Counted from the stretch's first letter, positions 1-13,636 are shown. The stretch: 64,000 bases of DNA from Camelus dromedarius (GCF_036321535.1 NC_087436.1:44766001-44830000), one strand, 5' to 3'. Made by a program: numbers and translations. The notes: generated by a model from the letters alone, not told the origin.

Positions 1-1098
1 AGAAATGATTTTTGAAATTTAACTCCAGGTCAGTCTCCTCCTCTGAGCTTTTGATTTATAGGTTGTTCTGATCAATTAACATCTTTTCTTGACTACCTCA
101 AAAGCATCACAAATTCAATACAACCAAAACTATACTCATGATCTTTCCATTGCCTCGTTTCTCTAACCAAAGAACGACCTAATCATCTGTCCAGTTATAC
201 CAGCCAAAAAACTAAGATTATTTTCTGATATCTCACTCTCCTTCAATTCAATACAATTTGTCAATTTTACCTACTAAATATTTTTCGTCTCTTTCCATGT
301 CCTTGGTCCCCCCACCACCACCTTACGCCAAGCTTTCATCATCTCATCTCACCTCTGTTGCTTTATCCTACTAATCTGTTTACTTCTACTAATTTGTCTT
401 CCTCCATCTATTCTGGCGCCCTCCCCACCCATTCTCCATAAAGTAACCAAAGCAATCTCTTCTAGAAGTAAGTCAATTTATATCATCCTCTTGCTTAAAA
501 TTCTCCAATATTTTCCCGTTGCTCATATGTAGTCACAGCTCAGCATGATCTATAAGGACTCACATGGTCTGAATTGTTAGCCTTTCCCTGTCTTATCCGG
601 AACCATTATTACCTCTCTTCCTCTTGCTCCAGTCATACTGGCTTTTGGCTCATGTATATTCACCAGCGTTTGTTCTGTCACAGTGCTTTTGTTTATGCTG
701 TTCCCTCAGACTGGCACATTTCCATCCCTCTTTACCTACCTAATTCCTATTTAAATTTCGGATCTGAATTCATGTCACTTTCTTAAGAAAAAGCTTATTT
801 GACTTCTCTGAAAAGATCAAATCCCCATACAGTATAATATCACTCTTCTTCTTCTTCTCCTCCTCCTCCTCCTCCTTCTCCTCCTCCTTCTCCTCCTTCT
901 TTTTTTTAAGTATTTGTCCTGGTTGCAATTTTACATGGTAATGTGAGTGTTTGATTGTCTGTCTTCCACAAGCATGTAGACTGACTCAGGACAGAAACTG
1001 TAACGGTTTTGCCTCACTATTTAATCCAAAGGCCCAACACAGAGCCCAGAGTAGAGAGTGTCCATTCAATAATAAACAGTAAATGAATAAGTGAATGA
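1..1098 (+). mobile_element. LINE-2 (L2a-like) 3' portion, old and degenerate
   Basis: L2-typical pyrimidine-rich blocks (ctcctctgagct, ctcttgcttaaaattctccaat, gctccagtcatactggc) ending in an L2-type tail ttcaataataaacagtaaatgaataagtgaatga. Confidence 0.8.
845..900. repeat. (CTT/CTC)n trinucleotide microsatellite inside the L2
   Basis: Seen directly: cttcttcttcttctcctcctcctcc... Confidence 0.9.
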
Positions 1099-1994
1099 TT
1101 TACTCCAATCTCTTGCTTAATCTGAATAAATAAATGCTTTCTTTTGGATTCCCACTAGCCCCCAGTTTTCAATAGCCTCTTCCATTTCAGATATTTTAAG
1201 CTGTAGTGTACCTTAAATCATTCTTAAGGAGTAACATCTTGAGAAGAAACGAATTCCCTCCACTTTTGTTGTAATATGTCTGCACCGGCTTTTAGCCTCT
1301 TAGTCACTGAAGAACAAAACTTGGGGTTTTCAGGGGAAACTAAATAATCACATTCTGTGTATTTTTCATTTATAGTAATCATTTTTATAATGAATTAACT
1401 CATTTAAAGTTATAACACTACATTTGGAGGTGAATTTCAATCATCTAAAAGATTCATTCTCCAGTGATATCAGTCAAATGAGATTATTACTATGTTGTAT
1501 ATTTGTTTAAACAAATATTTATTGGGCAGTGTTTTATAAATGCTTTAATTCATTACCCTCTGACAGTACACAAATTCTCTATCAAATTTGTTATTTTATT
1601 TATTAAAATATTGGCAAATATATTCTAAATATAAACTTATATTCTATATTCACTGTCTTTATGCCCCTCCTTCAACCCCAGTTCTTTGAGAATCATTGAT
1701 CATCTATGAAAAAAATCTCCTCTGTTTTATGGAGCTTATCAAACTCTATTTGATTAAGCAGTGAGACATTAAGTGGACCATCAAGAATGGACAGGACTTC
1801 AAAGGGTAGAAAGGTGCAGATAAACATTCTTCATGCTGAAACCAAGGCTCAAAGAAATAAAGTACTGGCTATGTTTATAAAAGAAATGGTTTGGCTAGAA
1901 TGCAAGATACAGAAAGAAGAACTTTATTATTTAAATAATTTCTCACTATATTAGCTAAGTTGGGTTTTTTTCATCTTTGTTTTTCTTGATTTTT

Positions 1995-2120
1995 TTAATG
2001 CTCAGATAGTTGACATTTAATAATAGTCACTTGTTTAAGTGTACAAGTCAATGATTTTTAGCATATTTAGAGAATGCAATTATCACCACAATGAAATTTA
2101 AATTTATTTTTATCACAGTG
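1995..2120 (-). mobile_element. Short L1 (L1MA/MB-type) 3' end fragment
   Basis: Antisense L1 3' terminus motif tttaagtgtacaagtcaatgatttttagcatattta. Confidence 0.6.
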
Positions 2121-2944
2121 TAATTTTAGGACTTATGAAATTGTTTTATGAATAATTTATTTTAAAGTGATATAAGGTAGAATAACATTTTCAAAGAGAA
2201 AAATCCCCCTATAACATTAATTTATTTCTCATATATAAAACAGCATTAAAATATATATCCAGACTAAGTTAGTAACCAATTTTCCACTTTTTAAGAAAAT
2301 CACTGAAGTGAGTAGTTTGGATTTAAAGTATTTCAACATCAACTATGAAAGATGGTATGCCTACTGTTATCAAAATCATCATCCTACCATTCTTTTGTAA
2401 AAATTAGATATGAATAATAAACTCTAAAATTGGTTTCCTCTAGATTTTAAGACGGGTAAATGCCAACCAATGAGTCCCGCACTTGAAGCTTCATGTCTCA
2501 TGGCTGATAAAAGTGTGAGAGTATTTACATGACTAAAGTACTAGGAGTTGAAAACTTCCAGAAAAATGGGGGGGTGGGAGGTTGGTAAATTTAAACTCAC
2601 AAGCGGGTAGGTTGATTTTAAAATGCTAGACTCTTCTAAAGCTACAACCTCCAAATCAGTGGCAGTATATTGAGAGATTAGATTCTATGTCATGTAAGTT
2701 GGCTCTTCCCAGATTCCAGCAACATTCTCACTTGCCAAAATCGAGACAGTCTCCCCAAAAATGAATATATAGGAAACTTCAAAGACATGGATTTCATTTA
2801 TACCCAAATCACTATTTTAGGAAAATAAATCAGATACTCTGAATGCAAAACTCTTTTGCACATCTAATCCCAGCATTCATACTAATAAATTCTGTCACCC
2901 ATTTTTCCTCTCAAGACTTTGGTAATAGTCTTACTAGAGACTAT

Positions 2945-3275
2945 TTTAAGAAATAGCATTATTATATGTACAATTGACATACACTAAATGATACATATTT
3001 GAAGTGTACAATTTGTTAAAATTTGACATAGGTATTCACCCACTGAATGGTCGATATAACCAAGAAAATAAATGTATCTATTACCCCCAAAGTTTCCTAT
3101 GCCCCTTTTCAGTCCCTCACTATCCCCCTTAACTGCCACCCTCAACTTTGCCCTGACGTCAGGCAACCACTTATCTGCTTCCTGTCACTACAGATTACTT
3201 TGCATTTCCTAGAATTTTAAATAAATGAAATCATACAGTACACATCCTTTTTTTTGGTCTAGCTTCTTTCCTTTT
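2945..3275 (-). mobile_element. L1MB-type 3' UTR fragment
   Basis: ttgaagtgtacaatttg...tattacccccaaagtttcc...aggcaaccacttatctgcttcctgtcactacag...gaaatcatacagta, typical of antisense L1MB 3' ends. Confidence 0.8.
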
Positions 3276-3442
3276 TATTGATGATTAGTGTTTATTTTAA
3301 GATATACCATCCATTCACCTGTTTTTTGTTTGTCTGTTTGTTTTTTGTTCCCTATGCTCATTTTAAAGCCAGTTAGCTTAGCGCCTTACTTTTGCAGTTC
3401 TGCACACATTTGTGTCTGCCGGTGCCTTATAAACACCCAAAT

Positions 3443-3592
3443 CATTGCTTCTCAAATTTGGCTGCACAATGGAACGACTTGCAGAACTTTAGCCTAGGGT
3501 CTCAGCCCTAGGGATTCCAATTTTATCAGTGCAAAGATTTTTAATAACTCTTCTAGTGATTCTAGTAAGCAGGAAACTTTGAGAACCACTGC
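3443..3592. mobile_element. MER5A-like hAT-Charlie MITE
   Basis: Ends tgcttctcaaatttggctgcaca ... tttgagaaccactg match MER5A terminal inverted repeats. Confidence 0.75.
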
Positions 3593-4939
3593 TGTAAACT
3601 ACTTCTGAAAAGTTAGAGCATGCTCATGTCCTATTGCTGGTACTAAGAACTAATTCTGCTGTGAATGCAACACTGAACATATGTAGGAATATACAGTCTT
3701 CGTGTGAAAATGAGACACAAGAGCTTCCCGAAGCAACAACAGTCTTTGCCAACCTGTAAGTCTTTGCCAGAGGGACTGATACACTCTCCATTTCAAAATG
3801 TTTCTTCCTTGACCTTTTGCTGTCGACCAGATGCTTCATTATTTCTTATTATGAGTTTTACAGAATCAGATGAGTGCTATTTGCATTGGCCTCCATCACT
3901 TCCTGGTTAGGGGCAGATTAAAATCCCTATATTACCTTTAGAAGAATTTCTCTGTTGGCACCAGTTATATTCAGGAGACCTTTTAAAGGTAAACAAGAAA
4001 ACCCTTCTTAATATAATCTATTTTGGAGGATGGGATTTGTGGTTGATTGCATTCGCATTATTATTTAAAATAAATGCAAAAGAGAGAAAAGCACAAAATA
4101 TAAAATATTAAAATTAGACTCAAATATGACATTAAAATAAAAAGGTGAATTTTGGAATTCATTTATGTAGACTTATTGAACAATTTTATTTAAATAGATC
4201 ATTTAAAAATACTTTTAAGCTGTTGAATTTGAAGTTTTTCTGAAGCATCTTTTTTTTTTTTCCCTGCCAGCAGAATCCTCTGAGGGAAATCGAGTGAACT
4301 ATTTTGCTGGAGGGGATACTTTACTTCCAAGAAGCATTCCTTTGCATCATGAAATATATCAAGGAAAGAAAAAAAAATCAAAGACAATGCTAAAATTTGT
4401 GGCGGGCAGAAAAAAATTAATGTTAATACAGTCATAAAATCTCATAACTGTTTCATAATCTAAATCATGATTTGAAAATAATTTCTGTTAATTATTGAAA
4501 TATTAAAACAGGCCCCCACGAGTTTTCACCTTTTTCATTTAAATATTCCTTGTTTTTCCCTTTGATGGCATGTCAGGGGAAGAGAATGCCCTTTACCCCC
4601 TATCTCCGACATCTGCTGCTAAGGAAACTTCTGTTAATTATACTGACATATCTAATCTGTAAGGGTTTTTTTTTTTTTTTTTTTTTTAAGATGAGATGGA
4701 GACTAAAAGGTAAAAAGAAAATAACAGAGGACCTATATTTAAATCTTCCATAAGTGAATGATGTATCTGAGGCATTTTCCCATTAATAATTTGGTTCATT
4801 TTCATACAGTCATAGTCTCTCCAACAATTTAAGGTCTAAATATTCAGCACATGCTTTATAAACAATTGTGAGGCAAAGGAGAAATATCAAATGTAAGAAT
4901 GTTCTTTTTGTGTTTGAGGATCTCCATCTAATAGATTGT

Positions 4940-4950
4940 TTGTGTGTGTG

Positions 4951-5001
<51 letters not shown>
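4940..5001. repeat. (TG)n microsatellite, about 30 units with one interruption
   Basis: Seen directly. Confidence 0.97.
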
Positions 5002-5004
<3 letters not shown>

Positions 5005-7094
5005 GCATAGTTAATACCTCATGTCCTTAATAGTGTCTTGCATCGTTATATTAAGGAGGTTCTTGCCTGAAGGAAAAGAGGAATTTATTCCTATGAGATT
5101 TTGAAAGATATTGTGTGGATTGTAGATGGCATAGTTTTACATTTATTGAAATTGTCTTTCCCCTTGGGTCTTAAGAAAATGTGCCTAAAGCTATTATCGC
5201 ATCTATCGACTCTGTGGGATTTCACGAACGTGGCTCTTTGTCCCAAGGGGTTCCAAAATGACCTTCATGAGCCAAAGTTCAAGCTGAGTGAAGGTTCTGA
5301 GATGGAGATTAGAGACCTGTCAGTTGTCTGGAAGGATGAAAGTATAAAATCATACGTGACACTCAGTTCAGTCACATCAAACCCCAAGAAGTGTTTACTG
5401 AATGAACTACACCATCCCTAATCACACTTTTCCCTTAAGTATCCACATTACCATGGGCCCCAAACACGGAGAGAGGCCGCAGGGCCAGAGCTCCTAATAA
5501 GTATGCACCAATTACAGCAGGCATGTGCTTACAACTTAATGTCTTGCAGCAATTATCTCTACTGTTTGAATGAATTGGACTTGTGAGAAACTCTCCCTTC
5601 CATTCCTCCACTTCTTTTAATTAACTTTTCAAAATTAAGAGAGCAAACTGGGACATCATAGACCTTATTAAATATTAGGGGGAGAGCAGAACAAAACGCA
5701 TGTTGACAAGAGAAAGACATGAACATTTCCTTAACCCTGGTGCTTTGAAAGAACAAGCTCCCTGTGTGCACAGTTCTAAATCTAATTCATGGGAGTAAAA
5801 AGAGGAGTATAAGTAACAAATGCAAAGTAAGCAGCTGTGAATGGAAGATGTGTAATTTCTGGAGGTCAGATGCTCTTCTGCTGCTGCTGACACCACTCCC
5901 ACTGACAATGTATTAAAGCAGAGTGGAAATCCTCAGTAGGAAGACATCCCTTGCACGTTTCTACACCACGGGGCTGCCACAGTCTTAATTTGCAGTATCT
6001 TGGTTGTATACTTTCATTCTCCAAACAGCTGAACGCATCCTGCGTGCCTCACTGATGCATCATTTGGGGAAAAAATTGGCACTTATCAGCTTGTTATATT
6101 TACATGATGCAATATTATACGCATTTGGCTATTTGAGACTTACATATCTTTGTTGCCAAAAGAATAAATTAAGCTAATGAATTATTTGGGATGGTAATCA
6201 AACTACTAAAAAGACAATACTAAGAGAAAAAAAAAGTGTTAAGCTCATAAATCTGGACCCTGGAAGGCCTATTATTTAAACAGCTGCATATTTTTACCAG
6301 CTATTCAAAACTAGTTTTACTGTAGTACATTATGTGTTTGGAGGTCTAAATATTTCAATGCATTGTGCTCTCCATGAAATAACTGTCAGATTATAATTGG
6401 ATTCAGTATTACCTTAAAGCACATGTGTTTCCTTTAACATTTATCTTTAAACAGATTTCTACCTTATTATTAGTTCCATTTTTTTGAATGCTTACACAGA
6501 GAACTGATTTCCCTAAGTTATAATTTAAATAACTCTTGGTCTTCACTAATTCCAAATTGTGTAACATCATAAAATAATCTAATTAAAAAAGCAAAGGCCT
6601 CTATTTTACATAATGTATTCAACAACCAACAACTAAAAACTCCTGTGATTTTTTTTATCTGTAAGGGAATTATATAGACAAGAGCTTAATTAAAGTTGAT
6701 CTCGCTCTATTTTATCTTTACAGATAGAGACTTGGAAGATTAATGCTTAAAAATTCTGAAACTAATATATCAATCTTCACCACCTTGAAATGGTTCTATT
6801 TTTAAGTTGAGGGAAGACTGTTTAAAATCTTTGTTATCCAAAACTAAACTACAAACACGAATTGAATAATATCTAGAATACTTAAGCTCTTTAGAGCATT
6901 TGGCCTCTCCCATCAAAGTATAAATTTGTGACTCATGTTTTCCTCTCTTTCCAAAAGATCATAGATTTAAATAAAATATGGGCTTTCTATTAGTCAAGAC
7001 AGTTATTATCAAAAATACATTTCAAAAATCTGTGATGAATATTTACAGAATGATTTCTGCTTAACAAGCCATAGAGTTACAACCTGAGTGATGT

Positions 7095-7560
7095 TATTAT
7101 AAATCCTCACAGCCTAAGGATGGGAGAAAAAGCCCCTCCTACTTCTGTCAAGGGGAGGGGAAAAGTAACCATTTTCAAAATATGCCCAGAACTCTCTGCT
7201 TTCCTTAACAAGGCCTGCCCTCAAGGGAAACTATTTTTATCAGAGCCTGACTGGGGTTTTCCAAAACCTAACTGATGTGAGGAAAGGGAGTTACCCAACT
7301 CCAGCTCTTGCAGCCTTCAATGTGGAACAAGAGACTAAAGACTGAGACCCATTTGTAAGACTGTAGCGTGCTCCCTCTGCCCCACACTTTGCCACAGAGG
7401 GTTAAAGCTAAAGGGACTGCAGGCCTCAACCCCTGAGGTTTTCCTAGGGAGTCTCTAGAGAACCCAAAGGTGACAGGGGACACAAAAACAAGGACATGAG
7501 AAGAAAAAATAGCCTGCAACACCACAATTAAGTAAACAGTAAACACCACCTAACTGCTAG
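7095..7560 (+). mobile_element. Old L1 (L1MC/MD-type) 5' UTR fragment
   Basis: cttctgtcaaggggaggggaaaagtaaccattttcaaaatatgccc aligns by eye with cttctggaaaggggaggagataagaaaccattttgaaatatgtc at ~51690 in this window. Confidence 0.7.
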
Positions 7561-7589
7561 CCATATAGCCATTGACTGAAGCTTGAAGA

Positions 7590-8060
7590 CGAAAATTACC
7601 AAGTGATGATAAGGATGTGGAGCAACTGGAACTCGGCCTACAGGGGAAATGGAACCTGGAACACCCACTGTGAAAAACTATCTGGCAGCATCTACACAAA
7701 CTGACCATATCTGCTACAGGCTAGGGCCCTGTGATCTTCTCTTGAGAATAGATCTGATGAAAATGTAAACATAAGTTCACCACAAAGCATGCTAAAGACT
7801 GTTAGCATCAGTGACTGTTTACACTATCCAAAATCTAGAAATGCCTCTCTTCAGTAGACACAATGGAATACTAGGAAGCAATAAGAAGGTACTTTATACA
7901 CCAGAATCCTATGAGTAAATTTCAAATGTAGTGCTGAGCAAAAGAGGCCAGATAACATGAGACATACCAATGAAACAGATACTGAATGAGTCAGCTACAT
8001 CAAGTTCAAAAACAGGCAAAACTAATCTACAGTATTTGAAGTAAACCCCTGAGGGTCTTA
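7590..8060 (+). mobile_element. Old L1ME/MC ORF2-end and 3' UTR fragment
   Basis: aaggatgtggagcaactggaactc ... aagttcaaaaacaggcaaaactaatctacagt. Confidence 0.75.
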
Positions 8061-8169
8061 AAGGGAATTCCAGGGACTTTGGAGAAAGCAGTTTAGAAAT
8101 TACTAGTTTATAGGATAAAAGAGAAGTGCCTCCCCAGCTTGCTAGATCATTTGGATCCTCAAGGAGGTT

Positions 8170-8450
8170 GTTCATACACATGGGGACTCATCAAGAATTA
8201 TTAATCAGAATGTCTGAAGTCACGGTGAAGGTTTGTTTATCTATATTTCTAAACAACAGTCCTGATCATTTTTATGCCAAGGCAAGTCTGGAAAAGGCTG
8301 CTCTGGAAGCTATCTCAGAGCAGTGGTTTCCAAACTTCACCGAGCAGACTCATCATTGTGCATTTTTAAAGGCCAATTTTGGAGCCCATTCCATAAAATC
8401 TGAATCAGTTGTTGTAGGGTAGAATCTGGGAATGTGACTGTACATTTTCC
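8170..8450. mobile_element. Two adjacent MER5-like fragments
   Basis: cagtggtttccaaactt start at ~8321, tctgaatcagttg internal motif, and a preceding partial copy ending ggcaagtctggaaaaggctgc. Confidence 0.5.
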
Positions 8451-9244
8451 TAACTCGGGGAAACATGCCTTAGAAGTTGTATGATTATAGCCAAGGAAAG
8501 TGAGTTCTTAAGAGGTTAAAGTACCACATGAGGTCATAAAGCCACAGTGGGGCCAAGGATGGAACTTAAGTCTCCTGACTAGTAGTTCGAGGCTCCTTGT
8601 ATGACACCCTTTGCTCTCCAGGACTGCTCATTTCTAGTCCTTTGAGCAGAAGGCTACATGTTCTCTGATTTAATTTCATCAAGAGTCTCTCACAAAATCA
8701 GATTTCACATTGCTACTGTTTCAGACACATCAAACTGCATGGAGACACAGAAGAGAGAAATGGTGAACCCCTTTGGACAGCTAGGAAACCTGTTCCTTTC
8801 AGAGGCACATGGCTTATCCATTTTCCTCTTCCTCCTGTTACTGCTGCCCTGCCCTGAGCAGAACGGCTGCTGTGTGGTATGTTGCTTTCTGTGTTGTAAG
8901 AAATAAATAGATAAAGTTTATAAACTCACTGGGACTCAGGTCAAAGGTGAAGTGACTCAGAGAAAGGGCATTAGTGTGTGTATTATTTTTTTTAAAAAAA
9001 GGAAATCCAGAAAAGAAAACTCTCAATCATTTCCAACAAGGACTTTGAGGCTCACTAACATTAGTCATGGAGGTTATTATACTGACTGAAATTGCGGGCA
9101 AAATTTTTTGTTATGATTCTGCTACACCAGATAATTAAATCATCTTTGCTTTATTATAAAATTCTTTTAAAAATATTTTTCCAAGATGCAGAGGGTAATA
9201 ATAGTAAAAATATACTATCAAAACTAATGTGAAAGAAGAAGGGA

Positions 9245-9870
9245 AATACCAAATGTTGGTGGGATGTTGAGGGCCTGGAGCACTCACACATAGCAGGTGG
9301 GGGTATACATTTGTTCAAGCATTTTGTAAAACTGCACAATTGGGTTTAAACGTACACATGCCTTGTGATGAACAAATTCTGCTCTAGATACGTGCCCAGT
9401 GGAAATGCATATAGGTCTTACCAAAATAACATAGACAAAATATTCATAGCAACCCTATTCCTAATAGCCCCAAGCTGGAAATTATCCGAAAGTCAAGAGT
9501 AAAGTGGATAAATAGCTGTCTTACAGTTACATCAAGGGATGTGACAGCAATGAGGCGTGCAAACAGCAACTATACATAGTAAACTGGTTGAAACTAAAAT
9601 TGAGTATACGTCTGGCACATGCTTTATGATTCCATTTATACTAAATTCAAGAACAGTCAAAACTAATCTGCAGTGTTCAAAGTCAGGATAGGGGTTACCC
9701 TTTGAGGGGAATAGCAACTGCAAGGGGGCCCAGGAGGCTTCTGGGTGCTGGTAATGTTCTGTTTCTGGATCTGGGTGCTGGTTAGAAGGGTGTCCAGTTT
9801 GTAAAACTTCAAGATATTATGTGCCTATGAGTTATGCATTTTTGTGTACGTATATCATATTTTGAAAAAG
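9245..9870 (+). mobile_element. Old L1ME/MC 3' fragment
   Basis: aataccaaatgttggtgggatgttgag...tatgattccatttatactaaattcaagaacagtcaaaactaatctg...ggtaatgttctgtttctggatctgggtgctgg. Confidence 0.8.
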
Positions 9871-10024
9871 GCAAATAATACACATACACAGTCTCTTACA
9901 AACGAAAATGGTATAAATCCATTGCTAAGATACTTCTTTCTACATCATCAAAGCTTACACGGAACTTGCTTCCCTCTGAATACCTGCCTTGTCTTTGGAT
10001 GGGCAGTTAGGATACACATTTATC

Positions 10025-10260
10025 TTTATAATGGCAGAATTAGACTTTGGGTTTGAGAATTAGACTTTGGTGCAAATCCCTGTTGGGTCTCTTCTTAGCT
10101 TTGTGATCTTGAGGAAGTTAAACACCTCATTTGAACTTCAGTTTCCTAGTGTGTAAAATGATACCACCTACCCTACAGTGATCCTGAGAGGGTTAATTGA
10201 AATTATTGAAGTATTTAGTGTATGTCTGACCCAGAATAGGTGCTCCAAACTGTAGCTGTT
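10025..10260 (+). mobile_element. MIR SINE
   Basis: Core tagctttgtgatcttgaggaagtta...ttcagtttcctagtgtgtaaaatg. Confidence 0.8.
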
Positions 10261-10330
10261 TTGACACGGAGATGCTGATGGCAGGGCTTCTGTCTACTTG
10301 CTCATCTTCGCCCTCAGCGAATACACTTAC

Positions 10331-10458
10331 CTCAATTAGCTGTCCCTGACTTGGATCACAGGCGTTTTTCTTTGCATTGTCTCCTTCTTGATAATCCCAT
10401 CCTGAGGTTCAACATCCAGACTTCCAAGTGGCTTTCAAACCCTTGTGTATTTTTGCAC
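10331..10458 (-). other. Exon-like segment (128 nt) in unique sequence; non-coding or terminal-coding
   Basis: Minus strand: tttttctgcatag|GTGCAA...AATTGAG|gtaagt. The donor is a perfect consensus, but all three frames contain a stop. No transcript evidence available. Confidence 0.35.
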
Positions 10459-11252
10459 CTATGCAGAAAAATGCAATGTTTTTGCTCTGAGTTTTTTTTT
10501 TTCCTTTCCAGTTTAGCTCCCTTTGCATTTATATTTTCAAAAATGTTTACAGTGCTAAATTTGTGCTGAGAGCCACTGCTAATGAAATTACTGTTCCCTG
10601 GGAATTAAACACCCTCTTCCTGATGGTGCTGCCTGATCTAACGCTTCGTAAACAAGCCGTTGCCACTGAAGAGAAAGAGCGTGAATTGCCCACCATATGG
10701 AATCACCTCTTACTCAGGGGTCTCAGCTGCATATTTGTTTAACCTGGTTCACCTCAAATACTGTGTGCATTTCTGCTATCACCTAAGTGACCTTTTCTAT
10801 TTTTTTTTTCATTTTTCATTTGTATTTTTAAAGTGCTTCTCAAACATTCACTGCCAAACCTCCCAGCCGCCAATAAAATAGGTCAATGTTATTAGCCCCA
10901 TTTTACAGATGAGGTTAAGAGAGTTCCCAGAGGTTACAAGTGAGTTTAGTGGGAAGGGAGCTAGCAATTGACATTTTCTTGGATCTATAGTTTTATGTAT
11001 GCAGGTTCCAGGGCTGCAGGGAGAACGTTATCACTGCCCTGTGGAGAAAAAAACAGAATGGCTGAGGGTAAAACTGGGCTGAACTGGAATCTTTCCCTTT
11101 TTTATAGTGGCATCTGTGGTATGAAGTTGCTATGTTGTATCTTTGATGATGTTCTACTGTCTGTTATTTTACAACTAAAGTATCTATTGATCAATCTATC
11201 TACCTGTCCACCCCGTATCTACCTACCATTCTCTCTAAATATTTGTCACTCA

Positions 11253-11347
11253 TTTTTTTTTTTTTTTTTTAGTGGAAGTACTAAGGATTGAACCCATGGC
11301 TCCTGCACGCTAAGCATGCACTCTACCACTGAGCTATCATCCTCCCC
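11253..11347 (-). mobile_element. tRNA-Ala-derived camelid SINE (vic-1 type)
   Basis: Reverse complement ggggaggatgatagctcagtggtagagtgcatgcttagcgtgcagg...gggttcaatccttagtacttcc plus poly(A); A and B boxes visible. Confidence 0.88.
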
Positions 11348-11994
11348 GCGGACACTTTTAAAGTACAGAATAGTCGTTCAATAGAATCGCAACATTCCTA
11401 AAAGCAAGTTACAGGATATTCTTTTCAGATATAAAGTGGTAGTGTAAATAATGAGGACTGCTAGTTCTGACTAGATTTTACTAAATGTCCGCAAAGAGGG
11501 AGAAGAGACTGCGGAAAAACAACTCAGCTTTTCCCATGCTCCTGGAGGGGGCAGTTTCAAAGACCTCTCTACCTCCTCTTTTCACCCCAATTCTAGGTCA
11601 TGGAAGGGACCTGAGTTACAGGCAGTGGGATTATTGTATGCCAATACATCGCAGAACACTGCTTGTTTCGGGGATTTTTTTCTAAACTAAGGCTTATGTG
11701 TCTCATTTAGTTATGAGCTTATTTAAAGATGCTCAGTTGAACGTAGTGATTTTAAGCCTTGTAGGTGGAATGGAAGATGATGAATATGGAGCAACGTGTT
11801 ATTTAATGTTTTTATTTGAAGCCGCCTCAGATACCCATGATAATAATAAAGGTTTCAAAAATCTCTGTCTGAATCTTTGCCCCCTAATATTTTAATTGAT
11901 TAATTAATTAAATGTGAGATAATAAGGTCATAATCTGATGACAAAGCTCTAGAAAGCCCAGCATGTAATGTAATAATATATTATGTTTCTATGC

Positions 11995-12048
11995 AAAATA
12001 AAATAAAATAAAATAAAATAAAATAAAATAAAATAAAATAAAATAAAA
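11995..12048. repeat. (AAAAT)n pentanucleotide repeat
   Basis: Seen directly, about 10 units. Confidence 0.95.
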
Positions 12049-12342
12049 TTTGTGTGTGTGTGAGGGGTGAGTGCTGAAAAGAAAGGAATACATGACTTAA
12101 AGTACAAAAATATTTAAATATAATTTTTGAGTTAATATCAAAAGTGAAGCGATAAGAACATATAGATCTTTAAGAAACATGATTCAATGTGGATTTCTAG
12201 GTGTGAAAATATTTAGTAACAAGGAAATAACATGCCTAAAATTAATTTACCAGATTTTCATACAAATAGATTTGTGTCATTAGCATGATACTATGAAAGC
12301 ATTTTGAAGGGAACTCACATAGACACAACAGGATATGTATAT

Positions 12343-12553
12343 ATTTTTTAAATTTTTGATTGAAGTATAGCTGATTTACAGTGTTTATTTCAAGTATACA
12401 GCAAAGTGATTCAGTTATACATATACATACATATATATTTTCTTTTCAGACTTTTTTCATTATGTGTTATTACAAGAAATTGAATATAGTTCCCTGTGAT
12501 ATACAGTAGGTCCTTGTTGTTAATCTATTTTATATATAATAATATGTTTGTTA
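12343..12553 (-). mobile_element. Young cetartiodactyl-type L1 3' end, 5'-truncated
   Basis: attgaagtatagctgatttaca...gaatatagttccctgtgatatacagtaggtccttg; possible degenerate TSD aacaggatatgtatat / aacatgatagtatat. Confidence 0.88.
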
Positions 12554-13636
12554 ACATGATAGTATATTAATACATACATTAACTATCATATATATTAGTG
12601 ACAAGTAACTAAAAATATAAATAGAAGAAGCTTGTTTCAACATGTCTCCATTAAAACAATGTCATGTTTCTGTGAATATAAAATATAATATTTGTTCCTT
12701 AAAAAGATTGTGGGAAAATGATTTCTTAGCTTGTAACTTTTTCTTTAAAAATTATATTTTGTAATATATGTACTTAAAGGAAACTTTCTGAAGATTTTTA
12801 ACTTGTAGTTCAACAATAGTTGGGAGGTTTGCTTTAGGCTTAATCTAGGCCAGGATAAGCCATGCTAACTCTTTCATCATATGTTTTCAGTTTTAATAAA
12901 ATGACTTTTTCTTCATTCAGAAGTCTCACTGCTAATGCCGAGTCCTTTTCTAGTTCTACTATGATGGAAGCGATAATTTTACCTGGTTCTCCCACCTCAA
13001 TGAATCCTCCAGTTTATTCATTCTAATCTTTACAGAGGCATAAAACGGTCTATAAGTTAATACCAATAAGCTATTTCCCTTTGATAGTGCGAATATGAGA
13101 AAAAATGTTTAAAAAATTAAGTGATACGCAATGAAAGATGTTGGAAACCAAATGAGCTTTTTCTTGTTATTTTGTCTTTTATAATATGATAATAATTTCT
13201 AGTCATGCCAAATTTGTTTTCTGATTTCTCTAGATTGTGGTGATTCTTTCAATTACTTTTTCAAAACAAAACTCTGTGTCACTGCATTTGGGGACTCTGC
13301 CTATCATTGAGTATTAAAATATGGCTATTTCCCAGTAAGTCTTTCTTCAGGCTATTGGTGAAATTGGCCATCATTTCTAATAATACTGAAAGTTATACTG
13401 TTAAAATTAAACCTTTGCTGTCTTCTGAAATTTAGGAACTAAGGACTAAAACTATAAAATGTGAGTTACTAGGACATATTCTTGAAGTGCCAGGCAATGA
13501 CTCAAGTATGACAAATCAGAGATATGGATGGTAATACTCAGATTGGCCTTTCAGGAGAATGAACTGGCATAAACATCAATTTGTGTGTGGACAGCAGTCC
13601 AAACAGTTGGAGAGTCAGATTTCCATGAAGACACTG

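Noticed and set aside
3601..3760. Open frame ending at a gtaagt donor (…ENETQELPEATTVFAN)
   Set aside because: No convincing acceptor; upstream sequence is MER5A with in-frame stops.
4271..4436. Strong acceptor followed by an open frame (AESSEGNRVNYF…)
   Set aside because: The acceptor is just a poly(T) run, there is no donor, and the peptide is not recognised.
10036..10070. Short direct duplications (agaattagactttgg x2; also ~24186-24262 and ~58303-58330)
   Set aside because: Two-copy local slippage duplications, not arrays; nothing CRISPR-like is present or expected in mammalian DNA.
10405..10420. Gly-Cys-TGA in the minus exon candidate as a selenocysteine motif
   Set aside because: No SECIS identified, no similarity to selenoprotein families that I recognise, and the exon itself is unproven.
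11270..11347. tRNA-Ala gene calls for the SINE heads (also ~15890, ~18796, ~30087)
   Set aside because: Mismatched stems, A-rich tails and TSD-like flanks on some copies mark them as SINE copies, not functional tRNA genes.
12921..13026. Acceptor plus short open frame (SLTANAESFSSSTMMEAIILPGSPTSMNPPVYSF*)
   Set aside because: No recognisable homology and no supporting partner exon; indistinguishable from chance.
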